Shown: positions 1 to 13,536, numbered from the stretch's first letter. The stretch: DNA of 64,000 nucleotides from Eledone cirrhosa (GCA_964016885.1 OZ024741.1:186186001-186250000), one strand, 5' to 3'. Notes: generated by a model from the sequence alone, not told the origin. Program-made: numbers and translations.

Positions 1-75
1 ACGCACACATACATTCACACACACATACACATTGTGTGACGGACGGACAGAAGTCGCTCAAATTTATATATAGAT
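1..75 (-). mobile_element. Possible 5' end of a non-autonomous Helitron running off the window
   Basis: Minus strand reads A|TCTATATATAAATTTGAGCGACTTCTGTCCGTCCGTC, a TC start plus TATA-rich leader and tetranucleotide repeat like the Helitron at 51189. Confidence 0.35.
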
Positions 76-959
76 GCATTCATTCTTTTACTGGTTTCAT
101 TCTTGAGAGAGCTACAGGTATGCCTTATATTTTTTTGAGCAGCATATCTAGGATTGCATTGTCGAATGTGTTATTTATTCACTTACTTAAGACTTGCCGT
201 GATATTTGTAGTCGATTTGTCGGTTATTTCTAACAGATTAACCGACCACGTAGTGGCTTCTGCTTATTGTTAGGAGTAGCTATACTTAACAGTATATGAC
301 GCATGTTGGAGGAGGAAAGGAACCTTACTGATTTGCAGGAAGAGACGTGCTATGTCTGCTTTGAGTGGAAGTAGAAAGAGTCTGTATATGACGCCCATTG
401 ACTTCTGAATAAATTGGGCAGAAACAAGGCGTGGATTTATATTATAATTTAAAGATAGAAGAATAAGTGTGATGAAGAATTAAAGTCGTCCAAAAAGACA
501 TCAAAACCTTAAGCGCATTGAAATAGATTAATTTTATGAGAGAATGGAAATCGCTATATCGAACATGGTGAGTTATCAGGTAAAGGATCTCTCTGTTCAA
601 AATAGTTTAGTGTAGTATAGGGTTCGAAACAGTTTTCGTTCAGTTAATTTTTCGAAAATATATTCACCCCCATTCGGTTTTGTCCGTACGTTGGCTTTAA
701 ATCTCTTATCTCTTACCTAATACAGCAACCGATATATGGAAAATTCTAAAAAAAAGGTTTTTTTAATATCATTATTTTAGTTCCCAATAACTATAACAAG
801 TAAAAGGTTATTTTACTTGCTTTTGTACAACTAATGAGGAACAGGTACCGGGGTTTCAAACTTTGAATGATGTTTGTCAATTTCGCATCTTTTATGCCGC
901 AAATCATGTCAATTAATCAAGCAACAATGGAATGTTTGCTGCACAGTATCGCATCGCTC

Positions 960-1466
960 TAGGTTGGGCAACTTTCAACAAGAACACAGAACATCAAAAC
1001 GAGAGTTTCCTATCATTTGAAGGCTAAGATCTTTGATACTTACATTCTACCAGTTGTGTTATATGGTCTTGACTGTGTAAATTGGACGACAAGGTCACTT
1101 CAGAAGCTCTCTATATTCCAGAACCAAATCATGAGACTTATGACTGGCATGCGGTTTAGCGACCGTATCTGTATCAGTGAGCTGCTCAACATTACCAAAC
1201 TTAGACCAATTACATCAATTGTCAAGTCAAGAGTACTCAAACTATACGGCCATATAAAAAGATCAACTCGTGGTGTAAGTAGGTTATGCCTGGAAGGAAG
1301 GTTGGCAGGTAATAGAAGCAGAGACCGGCAGCCAAAACGATGGCTTGACAATGTCAATTTATGGACTGGACTTGATCTTTTCTCTTTGAACTCTGCTGCT
1401 GGTGATCGAACTTTGTGGAAAGAGATATCTCATGTTGATGCGCAGTCTGTAACTGGCGGAGTTTAG
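960..1466 (+). mobile_element. RTE-type non-LTR retrotransposon, 3' fragment of ORF2
   Basis: ORF 1017-1466 has RTE C-terminal motifs ILPVVLYG, LKLYGHIKR, LEGRLAGNRSRDRQPKRWLDNV, AAGDRTLW. Confidence 0.85.
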
Positions 1467-1904
1467 CATCACAAGAAGAATGCCGCAGATTTCAATTTTT
1501 TGTTGGCAGATAATATAGAGATAATTCAAAGAAGCCCTATCATATGGAACTTTTGTCAAAACATTGTAAATACATCTTAAATCGTCATATGGTTATTGAC
1601 AGTTATGTTAATATTCAAAGTAGCCCCGCACGTCGGTGCTACTTTGAATACTAAATATAACTATACGTTACAGAGTGAAAGGTATATGTATAACACATTT
1701 TATTGATATTTTAATTGAAGAAATTTTGACAAAAAAGAGTATTTAATTATACATACGACTAATGGAGTAGTATAATTATGCATCCTTGTGTCCCAGCAAA
1801 TAAGTGAATATTTTGGTTGTAAAATTGAATATTCGACAGGGATAGTCGACGTTCGGCCATATGTAACCTAGCAAATATATAAAAATTCTGCTATATGTCA
1901 TATT

Positions 1905-2063
1905 GACCAACAATTACCCCAGTGCATTACTGGTGTTTCATTTCATCGAGCCCGTAAGGATGAAAGGCAAAGTTAACCTCGGAGAGATTTGAACTCAGAA
2001 CATAAACGACCATAACTCTATGCTGCAAAGCATGGTGTCTACCAATACTGCCAAACCACCGCC
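1905..2063 (-). mobile_element. tRNA-derived SINE (main family), diverged copy
   Basis: Matches the family seen at 20601-20789 (cccgtaaggatgaaaggcaaagttaacctcgg...gaactcag...ccaccgcc). Confidence 0.8.
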
Positions 2064-3142
2064 CTTATAAATAATTATAATAATAAAAATAATAGAATAC
2101 AAGAAACAAAATAGTATACAAGAAATATAATAGTATACAAGAAACAAAAACTAAAAACGCGGGACATTTTTAAACATACAAAGATTGACAAAACGTCTGA
2201 ATTGCACGGATTTTGTAGCTGAACCATACATCCAAATGAAATGTAATTTATAAAATCAATTAAAAACATATTAAGAATGTATTAAATGTAAAAATATATA
2301 CAAAACACACATTTATTCCTTTTGATTAGCCTGAAATTTGATAGAGTCAATATTTCAGCGTCTGTGTGCCGCCTACAGAATTTACATATTTTAACCGAGT
2401 TTTTAAAGTCATTTAAAGGAAATGCTTCAAAAGAAAGTTTAAATGATAATGAAATTTCAATTTACCAAGAGATCTTTTCCAAAATAATAATATTAAAAAG
2501 ACTATGGTGGCATAAAGAGTTTTTATCGTTCAAAGGAATCCCGGTTTATGGTACAGGCAGTCATTTCGAGTACATTCTGCAATGATATATACATATCATT
2601 ATGTCCAAAACCGTAGAATGAAAACAAATAGTATTTTCATAATATGACGACTTCAAATTTTCTTTTTACGCCTTAGTAGGTAAAATCTACCCTCAGAGAA
2701 AAAGATTTATCACGGTTTTGAAAGTTCTGGTTCAGTATAATAATAGTGCGCTTGTCGAAGAATGCCTGGGTTGTATGAGTCTTCTATAGTGAAATATTGT
2801 GATATGGCATAATATGATAGACAGAATTTGTATTTTAATGTAATATGATAGGACTGAGGGGAGGCTCGTGTTTCGCTCAGCAGCAGTTGACCTTGTTGGC
2901 GATGAATGACATGATGATGGTGATGTTATAAAGATGATGAACGTTGATTGATGATTGATGATAAGTAGCTTAAAAATACAATGAAAAATACGTTACATTA
3001 AAACAAATTAAAACAAAAATGCCTGTAAAACTCATCACTGTTTCGAGGTTGTTTAAAATAATTTACCGTCAGTCTGATGTCAAAATGTTTGTAATAATAA
3101 CAACAAATTCTGAGATCCGTTCACGAGAGTGAGCTCTGATGA

Positions 3143-3411
3143 ATGAATTGGTAAATTGGTAGAGAGTCGAAGAACATTTGTTTCTGTGTTTACAGTTCCT
3201 TTATATTACGAATTTAAAGTCCAAAATCCGAGGTCAACTTTGCTTTGTATCCTTTCGAGGTTGACAAAATAAATTACCAGTTCATTCTGTCAACCTCGAA
3301 AGGATAAAAAGCAAAGTTGACCTCGGATTTTGGACTTTAAATTCGTAATATAAAGGAACTGTAAACACAGAAACAAATGTTGTTCGACTCTCCACCGATT
3401 ACGCCAATTCA
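3143..3411. repeat. Fold-back inverted duplication of a SINE 5' part (arms ~3143-3266 and ~3288-3411)
   Basis: Arms are near-perfect reverse complements (e.g. aacatttgtttctgtgtttacagttcc / ggaactgtaaacacagaaacaaatgtt) around a 21 nt spacer. Confidence 0.9.
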
Positions 3412-3479
3412 ATAATAATAATAATTGTTTCTACTTTAAGCACAAGGCCAGCAATTTGAAGGGAAAGGGAAGTCGATAA

Positions 3480-4560
3480 TTTCTTTATTGGCCACAATGG
3501 CCTACATGTAGGGGAAAATACAGACAGGGACAGTGGTGGTTTTACGTAAATAACCAAAAAAATATAACAATGAAAATTCCCGAATAGTGGTATGACCAGC
3601 TAGGGGCTACACAAGTACCCCACCAATCCTGAATCACCCGATGTTTTGAGAGCTCCTGGGTGCATTCTCAGAGTAGGCACATTCACACGGGCCATTCTCG
3701 CATTATCAACTGTACTGGGGTTCAGCACTTCTCTCCCCACCCTCACCTTCATTTCCAAGTGAAACTGGAAAAAGGCGATGAGGAATTAGTCGAAGAGAAA
3801 AGTGTTTTTCTTCAGTCCTTTCGACCTGGTTTACCACACAACCTCTTCTGCTACCACCACCAGACAGAGGAACATTTCCTGCACTTCCAAGCCAGAAAAA
3901 GGAGGAAGGTCGATCTTCACTATAGACTCGGTCGTTATCTGCATCCTTTCTACACGTGACAACAGCTGTTCGACATAATTCGAAAAGTCAGCAATGCACA
4001 GACACTGGAAGAGTGTGGGCAGAACGGATTCGTCGCTCTGCGTGCATCTCGGGCAGCTCTGTCTGACAGCTCTTCCATGCTTGTAGAGTTTATCTCGAAC
4101 CGTCAGTGCCCCTCGGTAGCTCTGCCAAATGAGGGATTTCTGGAAGATGTCTAAAGTCTCCGGCTCGATAGTCCACTGGAACAAGCGGGTCAGTTCGACT
4201 TGGTCGACGCCCTGAGCCTTACCGAGTGCGGAGTTTCACTCTCCCACCACTAATCCTCAATAGAACTCGGGAGTGGAAGTCCCACTGACTGCATTGCCCG
4301 CTTGCTAGAGGGCAGTGAGAGCCTGGCAACACTCCAGATTCCAGACACCCAGTTTCGATCTCTTCTTGATTTAGGACTGCAGCTCAATTAAAGAGAAGAG
4401 CTGCGAAAATGCGCGTCTGACAAATGGTGACCTCACCTGTTCACCTTTTAGGTAGAATATCTAAAAATGCCGCAGACTCAGCAGGCGTTTGCGCATTTTT
4501 AGATATTCTACCAAAAAGTTGAACTGCCTAACCAACGGAAACTTTCCCCTCCACAAGAAT
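3480..4560 (-). mobile_element. L1/Tx1-type LINE 3' fragment (zf-RVT-like zinc-binding region), degenerate
   Basis: ORF 3831-4184 FQKSLIWQSYRGALTVRDKLYKHG..CPRC..ESV..LFQC; homologous to 11640-12730 and 35285-35650. Confidence 0.8.
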
Positions 4561-5593
4561 TTAGTGAGGCACGAACGGAATTGATTCTACTCGGCTTTTT
4601 TCTATGTACGACATACCACTTTGATCACATCCTCCTATCTCTTGCTATGCCAATTCAGCTTTTTATACACCGATCGTTACAATACCCTAATGTCAATGCA
4701 TGAAATAACCCAGGATATCACACAATGATAATGAAGGTAATGAATTATTAGGGTTATTAAAATGTTACTGCTCTCTGAATTCTGATTTCAAATATTCTCG
4801 AGCTCAGTATCACCTTTTATATTTCCGAGATAGGTAAATGAAATGCCAATCTACTATCGCGCTCGAACGTAAAAATGTCCTCGAGTGAGCGCATCAAAAC
4901 TAAAAGCAAAGGCACGTATAGAATTAGACATTAAGATTTTTAGTTTAAAAACTATATTTTCTTTTACCTATAACGTACAGTTCCTTCTATCCTTCGACAA
5001 TATACTCAAATTAAAAAAAATGTAAATATATATGATCTGTCCCATGACCTCACACCCTTCCAATTCATTCCCCAACTTCCCTCACAGTTTCACTCTCCTT
5101 TTAAAAACAAAATTGTGTCAGTTTTACTATAAAAAGCTGTCTCAAAATCATTTTTGTTTATCAACTATGGCCCTATGTTATTGCCACGGGACTTTAATTT
5201 AGTGCCAAAACAAGATCAAGTAAAAGGCAACATAAATCAATAAAAAAATAAAATTTACCAAAACAACGGTAAGGGAAAAGTAAAAGAAAACAGATTTGAT
5301 GATTATAACAATGGAAAATGAACTGAGATAATAACACTGGGAAAGACAATGTGGGGTAGCATGAGAGAATTGAGGAGAAGAGAAGGGAGAACAAAGCAAA
5401 AGTGTCATTTTAATTCTTCAGGAAAAGGTTGTGATTTTATCTTTCAATTATTTTATTTAAACATGTGTATATATTTTTTTATTTTTCTATTTGAATTTGG
5501 TAAACATTGGATATGAAAAGAATGGAAACAGTTTGAAATAACAAAAATATTTTTTTCACACATCGCCCCTGTCTCTATCTTTCCTTGCTCTCA

Positions 5594-5721
<128 letters not shown>

Positions 5722-5804
5722 CCCCCTCTCTCTCTATCTCTCTCTCTACAAACCTCCCACTTTGTCTCGCCCTCTCTTTTATTATTTCTGGAGTTATAAA
5801 CATG

Positions 5805-5889
<85 letters not shown>

Positions 5890-6075
5890 GTGTGTATAAT
5901 TAGGATTTAGCTTCAGGCATAGCTGTATACAGATATGTTTTAAAATTTCGTATTTCTAAAGAAATACTATATATTTATAGATAAACATTTAGAAAGCTGT
6001 AGCTATGCAAAACACCCTCTGGTGGCGTCCAGCAGAAGCAAGTTTTTAAGTCCAGCAGTGGCAAGATTGGGAGGG

Positions 6076-6120
6076 ATCGTCCTGATGAGGACCAGTTTAA
6101 GTTCGAAATGCATCGACTAT
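6076..6120 (+). ncRNA. Minimal type I hammerhead ribozyme motif
   Basis: GTC-CTGATGA-GGAC cagtttaa GTTC-GAAA-TGCA-TC|GAC: stem I GTC/GAC, stem II GGAC/GTTC, palindromic stem III ATGCAT, AUC cleavage triplet. Confidence 0.8.
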
Positions 6121-6154
6121 TGCCCCCCCCCCCCTGCTTCTGCTGGCCACTACC

Positions 6155-6179
<25 letters not shown>

Positions 6180-6185
<6 letters not shown>

Positions 6186-6275
6186 GTCCCCCAAAAATAT
6201 ATACACACTCTGGTTACCTGTACAGGCAATATTTATTAGAATGCTGTTGAAGAGTGTATACATTTTTGGGGGCAG

Positions 6276-6276
<1 letters not shown>
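6180..6276. mobile_element. Tc1/mariner-type MITE in (TA)n
   Basis: TIR-like ends agggtgtcccccaaaaa...tttttgggggca; same family as 34601-34690. Confidence 0.6.
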
Positions 6277-6313
<37 letters not shown>

Positions 6314-6715
6314 GATATATTTGTCTGTGTGTGGACCGAATAAAGGTATAAGCTTCGCATGCATTAGGTGCTAGGTTCGATCACATTGTGTGATATCCTG
6401 GGTTATTTCATTTTCTATAGCCTCATTTCTGCAATACCTTTTGATTATAATTGGATACACAGAAACTGGAAGCCTGGCAAATGGACTGTTCCTGTAATTC
6501 AAGAACAACCCGTGTAACAAACTAAGACAAGTTGCATCTTTCTTAGAACTTCGTTAAGAGTATACGCGTCTTTGGAATGTTCATCCTGATAATAGAAAGC
6601 GATCGAACTATCTTCCTTGTGGGTGTTCTTGTTTGTGTATATGTGTGTGCGCGCTTGTGTGTATGTGTTTTGTGTACCTCTTTACGTGTGTTATTTGTTT
6701 ACGTCCCGTAACATT

Positions 6716-6761
<46 letters not shown>

Positions 6762-6788
6762 ACATATATTTGATATATATATATATAA

Positions 6789-6974
6789 AACAAAGATGGT
6801 GTGTTAAGATACTGGGTGTACCATAACGCACGAGGGTGCTCAATACTTAGGGTAGTGGAGTGGGTAATAGGAAAAGAGTCAGGACACCGACGGCTGGGCT
6901 CCGGTCGTCTCGACAGCTAGATCCGGATCTAGCTGTCGAAACGACCGGAGCTCAGCCGTCGGGGTCCTGACTCT

Positions 6975-6975
<1 letters not shown>
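6789..6975. mobile_element. (TA)n-embedded fold-back element, family C (palindrome 6874-6975 plus tail)
   Basis: ~50 bp arms centred on agatccggatct; homologous to 37601-37794 and partial 20807-20891; carries GAAAC..GTC hammerhead 3' half. Confidence 0.8.
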
Positions 6976-7004
<29 letters not shown>

Positions 7005-7006
<2 letters not shown>

Positions 7007-7198
7007 TGTTTTTCCCGGGTTCAATCAGAGGTAACCACAGTAAGTAAGGTACTCAATATATAGCAGAGTATAAATATTTAATATAGAAATGGCTTCTACA
7101 GGACTAGAACTGTTTCCTTCGGGAAAAGTCATCAGAAAGCCCTGATGATTTCTCCCGAATGAAACAGTTCTAGTCCTGTAGAAGCCATATGTATATTA

Positions 7199-7203
<5 letters not shown>
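7005..7203. mobile_element. (TA)n-embedded fold-back element, family B, turning at a CTGATGA hammerhead core
   Basis: Palindrome ~7073-7203 centred on tcatcag-aaagcc-ctgatga; same family at 48181-48370, 63315-63510, 63590-63776. Confidence 0.8.
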
Positions 7204-7279
<76 letters not shown>

Positions 7280-7281
<2 letters not shown>

Positions 7282-7525
7282 AAGGCGGGTAAAATTCCCG
7301 AGATCCATGGACGAGTTCTCTCCAGCGGTCTCTGTCCCTCATTATCGCTGCCATATCCTGCGTCTCCAACAGACCAGTGTCTGTCCTTAGGGCATCAACA
7401 TACGTTAACCTTGGTCTTCCTCTTCTAGTGTGTCCATGTAGGGGCTCCCAAAGGAGCACTGAGTGCAATGTCAACTCTGGATGTCGGTGAGTATGTCCAG
7501 CTAACCTCAGTCTCCTCTGTGTCAC
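7280..7525 (-). mobile_element. RTE-clade LINE 3' terminal fragment
   Basis: RRLRLAGH...VLLWEP..G..RRGRPRLTYVD.L..DTG...MRDRDRWR is the typical RTE ORF2 C-terminus; flanked by (TA)n. Confidence 0.85.
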
Positions 7526-7530
7526 TTTTA

Positions 7531-7925
<395 letters not shown>

Positions 7926-9383
7926 ATCCACAAACTCTGTTTCTCACACACACAAGCAATCTGGTATACAATATATTAAAGTGATACATTGTGTCAGCAT
8001 TATCCGTTAAACAACGGTAAATTATGTTAAATCAGCAGTTCTGACAACGATAGATGAGACTGACAAAACATTTATTGAAAATGTCAAATTTCCAAATTAT
8101 TGTTATTATTTCGTTCGTTCGTTTGTTAAAAACATTGTAGATTACTCCCGTAAGGTTGTTTTGTTTTAGACCACTTTTACTTGGTATTTTGTTATGATTT
8201 TCTTTATGTCAAAGGAGACATAAGGAATTAGACATTTCCCTCGTAATAATTAGGTGTGGGGCACAAATATTTGAATTTCAAAATTATTTTGAAAAATCGA
8301 GGTTATAACCCCCTCCATATACAGGCAGATCGGCAACATTTTCTTCGAGAAATGCATGCTTTATGACAACAATTCGTACCGCACTCTGTTGAGTAATATT
8401 TACACCAAAATATAGACATAAACAATAACACCACCATCGCCAACAACAACAGCCATGACAATAAAAAAACAACATCAACAGAAGCGACAATAAAAACAGC
8501 AGTATCAACAACAACGATGACGACAACGACGACGACAAAAAAAAGCAGCAACAGCAGCAACAACAATGGCAAGAACAACAACTACAACAGGCGCAACAGC
8601 AGCAAAAATGACAACGATCACAACAGCAGCAACAACAGCAACAACCACATCGACAAAATCAACATGTGTGTGTGTGTGTGTGTATGTGTAATCTATACGT
8701 TCATAATGTCTAAAGAAAGATGAAATGAAATGTTTGCTTTCCATGTCAAACAACTGTAGGAAGTAGGATGGCCGTGTGATTACGAGGTTCGTTGACAATA
8801 AATGCCTTAAAAACCTTTAAAACCTCGGCTCAATCCATGTCATTTAAGTGAAATTGTATAGTCGGAAACTGCGTGGAAAGTAAAACCATGCCAAACAATA
8901 TGTAACGCTGAATCAATCTGGAACATAAATTAAGAGTACACGTGTTTATAGAATGATCATCTAATTACAAGGTAATTTCTTGTGTAGGCCGTTCCGTTGA
9001 TTGAACCACTCTATCATTCATCTTCATGTTTGCACGTCTATGTGTGTATGTACATATCTGCATGCATACATATCTAGGAATACAAATTGTAGTAGTTACG
9101 TACACGTCTTCGGTTTAACAGTGTAATATAGCATGGTCAATACAGTGTATTTAGCTTCCTCTATTGTAGTGACTTTAAAGCGAAATATAACATTACACCT
9201 GGTATTATGCTAAAATACAGATTTAGTTAAGTGAATTTAGTAGACAGAAGCCAATATATTTGTAAGCATAAAAATGGCATTATCTTGCAAACAACTCATC
9301 AAATTCCACATATTTTCACACACATAAATATACGTATATATATACACACACAAACACAACATATGTGTATATATATATATATA

Positions 9384-10074
9384 TTTCGTTTCTGAATTTG
9401 TTTAGCAAGATTCTTTATCTGAAATCGTGTGTTGAAACCGATATTGTTATACTTTGGGAGGGTCATGTTGCCAATAAGAAACACACGCACCAGTGACTTT
9501 CACTTCAATTTATTATATATTTATAAATTTATAAATTTACAAATCTACAAATTTATAAATTTCTGGTGTCTGGTTGGTTGGTTGGTTGGTTCCACAACCA
9601 GATAGTTGTTTATATATAGTCATAGTCCTTTCGTCACACACTCTGTGACCTCTTCAGTGACTGGAGATTCCTTTCTTTGTTTCTGTGACTTTCCTTTCTT
9701 CTGTCCTACGGCATTTTGTTTCTGTGTGTGTGTTGTGTGCTCAGTTTGCGCATGCGCTTTTTGGTGAGTTGGCAAACTGAGCACACAACACACACACAGA
9801 AACAAAATGGCGTAGGACAGAAGAAAGGAAAGGCACAGAAACAAAGAAGGAATCCCCAGTCACTGAATAGGTCACAGAGTATGTGACGAAAGGACTATGA
9901 CTATATATAAACAACTATCTGGTTGTGGAACCAACCAACCAACCAGAAACCAGAAATTTATAAATTTGTAGATTTATAAATTTATAAATTTATAAATATA
10001 TAATAAATTGAAGTGATGCAACTGGTGCGTGTGTTTCTTATTGGCAACATGACCCTCCCAAAGTATAACAATAT
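9384..10074. mobile_element. Penelope-like 3' end fold-back, family A (~310 bp arms, 22 nt spacer at 9750-9771)
   Basis: Arms 9441-9749 and 9772-10074 are reverse complements with scattered mismatches; the tail resembles the 3' end of the Naiad-type element at 45197; HHR in each arm. Confidence 0.85.
9618..9662 (-). ncRNA. Type I hammerhead ribozyme motif (mirror copy 9858-9902 on + has G8 mutated)
   Basis: AGTCA-CTGAAGA-G-GTCACA gagtg TGTGAC-GAAA-GGAC-TA|TGACT. Confidence 0.8.
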
Positions 10075-10133
10075 ATATATATATAATATAATATAATATA
10101 ATATAATATAATATATAATATATAATATATATA

Positions 10134-10186
<53 letters not shown>

Positions 10187-10479
10187 TATATATCATATAT
10201 TATAATAATAATTACTATTATTTTATATATATATATATATGTGTGTGTGTAACAAAGAGCTCTTTACAAAGTTTTCTCCGCGCCGAACAATTAAAAACTG
10301 CTTACAACAACAACAACCACCACCACCACAACCACAACAACAACAACAACTACTACTACTACTAATAATAATACTACTACTACTACTACTACTACTATGA
10401 TGTTGAGGAGGAAGTGGACGGAGAATTTAAATTATTGAGTTACTAATGCTACTGTCTCTGATGTTGAACCAAACTTTAC

Positions 10480-10528
10480 AACTTAGACTACTGCTGTTAC
10501 TACTACTACTACTACAACCTCCACCACC

Positions 10529-10563
<35 letters not shown>

Positions 10564-10573
10564 AACCTCCGCC

Positions 10574-10632
<59 letters not shown>

Positions 10633-10654
10633 TAGAACCTCCACCACTACCACC

Positions 10655-10686
<32 letters not shown>

Positions 10687-10723
10687 CACCACCACTACTA
10701 CTACTACTACTACAACCTCCACC

Positions 10724-10779
<56 letters not shown>

Positions 10780-10795
10780 AACCTCCACCACTACC

Positions 10796-10845
<50 letters not shown>

Positions 10846-10962
10846 AACCTCCACCACTACCACCACTACTACTACTACTACTCCAACCTCCACCACCACC
10901 ACCTCTACTACTACTACTACTACTTCTACTACTACCACCACCACTATTACTACTACTAATAA

Positions 10963-10998
<36 letters not shown>

Positions 10999-11008
10999 AA
11001 CCTCCACC

Positions 11009-11055
<47 letters not shown>

Positions 11056-11138
11056 AACCTCCACCACTACCACCACTACTACTACTACTACTACTCCAAC
11101 CTCCACCACCACCACCCCTACTACTACTACTACTACTT

Positions 11139-11187
<49 letters not shown>

Positions 11188-11254
11188 AACATCCACCACT
11201 ACCACCACCATTACTACTACTACTACTACTACCACTACTATAACCTCCACCACC

Positions 11255-11288
<34 letters not shown>

Positions 11289-11372
11289 TTACTACTACCA
11301 CCACCACCACCACCACCACCACCACTACTACTACTACTACAACCTCCACCACTACTACTACTACTACTACCT

Positions 11373-11409
<37 letters not shown>

Positions 11410-11450
11410 AACCTCCACCACTACCACCACTACTACTACTACTACTACCT

Positions 11451-11485
<35 letters not shown>

Positions 11486-11530
11486 GCTGCTTTTACTACT
11501 ACTACTACTACTACTATTATTACTACTATT
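10480..11530. repeat. Compound (CTA)n/(CCA)n trinucleotide array with higher-order repetition
   Basis: Recurrent ctacaacctccaccactaccacca units between CTA runs. Confidence 0.95.
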
Positions 11531-11639
11531 GCTGTTGGGGAAGAAATTGTTAACTACTCGTAAAAAGAAAACAAAGAAGGCAAATTTAAGTTTACGGATG
11601 TAAAGGAAATTCAAGCGCCTTCACATATAGTAACGATTT

Positions 11640-12730
11640 CATTTATTGGGCACAAGGGCCGACATATAGGGGACAATACAAAAGACTGGGACAGTGGGGT
11701 TTTACAGAAAAATCGAGTAAACAATATGAATAACAATAACAAAGTAACAAGAAAAATATAAGAAAAATTCCCCAATAGGTGGGGGGGGCATGACACCCAG
11801 GGTTCGCTCAGTTATCCCACTCACCTGAACGACCCGACGCTTCGAGAGCATCCTGGAACGGCACCCATCTCCTCAAATTTACCCACCTACAGGCGCATGA
11901 CCAGAGTAGGCCCACTCACACGGGCCATTCTCGCCACATTTACCCACCTTTCAGCAAATGTACTACTGGGGGCGGGGGGGGGGGTAACATTTCTCTCTCC
12001 ACCCTCACCTTCCTTTCCAAGTGAAACTTGAAGAATTTGATGAGGGATTGGCCGAAGCGAAAAATGTCTGTCTTCAGTCCTTTCAATCCGGTCCACCATA
12101 TAACCTCTTTCGCTACTGCCACCAGACAGAGGAAAAATTGCCTGCCCTTCCTGGCCAAAGGAACGCGGCGGGTCGATCTTCACTATGGACTCGGCCGATA
12201 GCCGGATCGGTTCTACACGCGACAACAGCTGTTCGACATAACTGGACAAGTCAGTAATGCACGGACACTGGACGAGTGCGTGCTGAACGGTTTCGTCGCT
12301 CTACGCGCATCTCGGGCAGGTCCGTCTGACAGCACTTCCGTGCCTGTAGAGTTTGTCTCGAACCGGCAGTGCCCCCCCCCCCTCCCCGGTAGCACTGCCA
12401 AGCGAGGGATTTTGGGAAATTATCCATCGTCCCCTGCTCGAAAGTCCTCCGGAACAGACTGGTTAGTTCGACTTCGTCGACGCCCGGAACCTCTCCGAGT
12501 GCGTCGTCGCACTTCCCACCACTAATCCTGTATAGAACTTGAGAGTGGAAGTTCCACTGACCACATTGTCCGCCTGATAGAGGGAAGTGAGTGCCTGGCA
12601 ACATTCTAGGTGCCAGTCATCCAGTACGGTCTCTCCTTGACCCAGGACTCCAGCTCAGTCAAAGAGACTCTCTGACAAACGGCGACCACAACTGTTCACC
12701 GTTTAGGCCGAATATCTGGAGATGCCGCAT
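11640..12730 (-). mobile_element. L1/Tx1-type LINE 3' fragment, frameshifted
   Basis: ORF pieces FPKSLAWQCYRG, SYVEQLLSRVEPIRLSAESIVKIDPP, FFLCLVAVAKEVIWWT..FFKFHLERKVRVER. Confidence 0.8.
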
Positions 12731-13007
12731 TTTCGAATATTAATAATAACATTCGAAAAACTCAGATTACATTTGTTGTATTCAACCATGTAGGGAGGAA
12801 GTTTTCTTTCTTGTTATATATATATATATAGGAAGTAATTCTGTCGGAAAGGTACAGGAAAAAAGAGCGCTCTATGTAGGCTACAGAGCTTAATAGTTCC
12901 CTGTCTGTAGACGCATATATGCTTATGTGAAAATGTATACGTCTACGTACTTTCTAAGTATATGCGCGTGGTTGAGTGTGTGTACGTTTATGTTCTGGAT
13001 ATTTATT

Positions 13008-13054
<47 letters not shown>

Positions 13055-13261
13055 ATTCTTTTCCTCCTCTTCTTCTTCGCCCGTTTTTTCTCAGCCTCAC
13101 TTTCATATTTCTTAAATTTATTTTTCAAATCCATATTTAATAAAAACACCATGTTTTTTTTATTTATTCATTCTGACGACTGAAAACAGATCTAGCATTT
13201 GCTTTCAAGAAACCACTGGTAAATGAAATAATTTATCTTACGTTGTGTATTACATAACTAA

Positions 13262-13318
<57 letters not shown>

Positions 13319-13321
<3 letters not shown>

Positions 13322-13536
13322 CGTTTCTGAATTTGTTTAGCAAGATTCTTTATCTGAAAACGTGTGTTGAAACCGATATTGTTATGCTTTGGGAGGGTCA
13401 TGTTGCCAATAAGAAACGCACGCACCAGTTGTTTCACTCCAATGTATTATAAATAAAATTTATAATACATTGGAGTGAAAGCAACTGGTGCATATGTTTC
13501 TTATTGGCAACATGACCCTCCCAAAGCACAACAATA
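13319..13536. mobile_element. Family A fold-back, short-arm copy
   Basis: Same left end (tttcgtttctgaatttg) and same right end (caaagcacaacaatat) as 9384-10074, turning at ~13456. Confidence 0.85.

Noticed and set aside
1612-1650. Hairpin tattcaaagtagc...gctactttgaata
   Set aside because: Isolated 13 bp inverted repeat without any supporting context
10427-11614. 395 aa Ser/Gly/Cys-rich ORF resembling a loricrin-like structural protein
   Set aside because: Pure CTA/CCA trinucleotide array, open in several frames, with no codon variation or splice context
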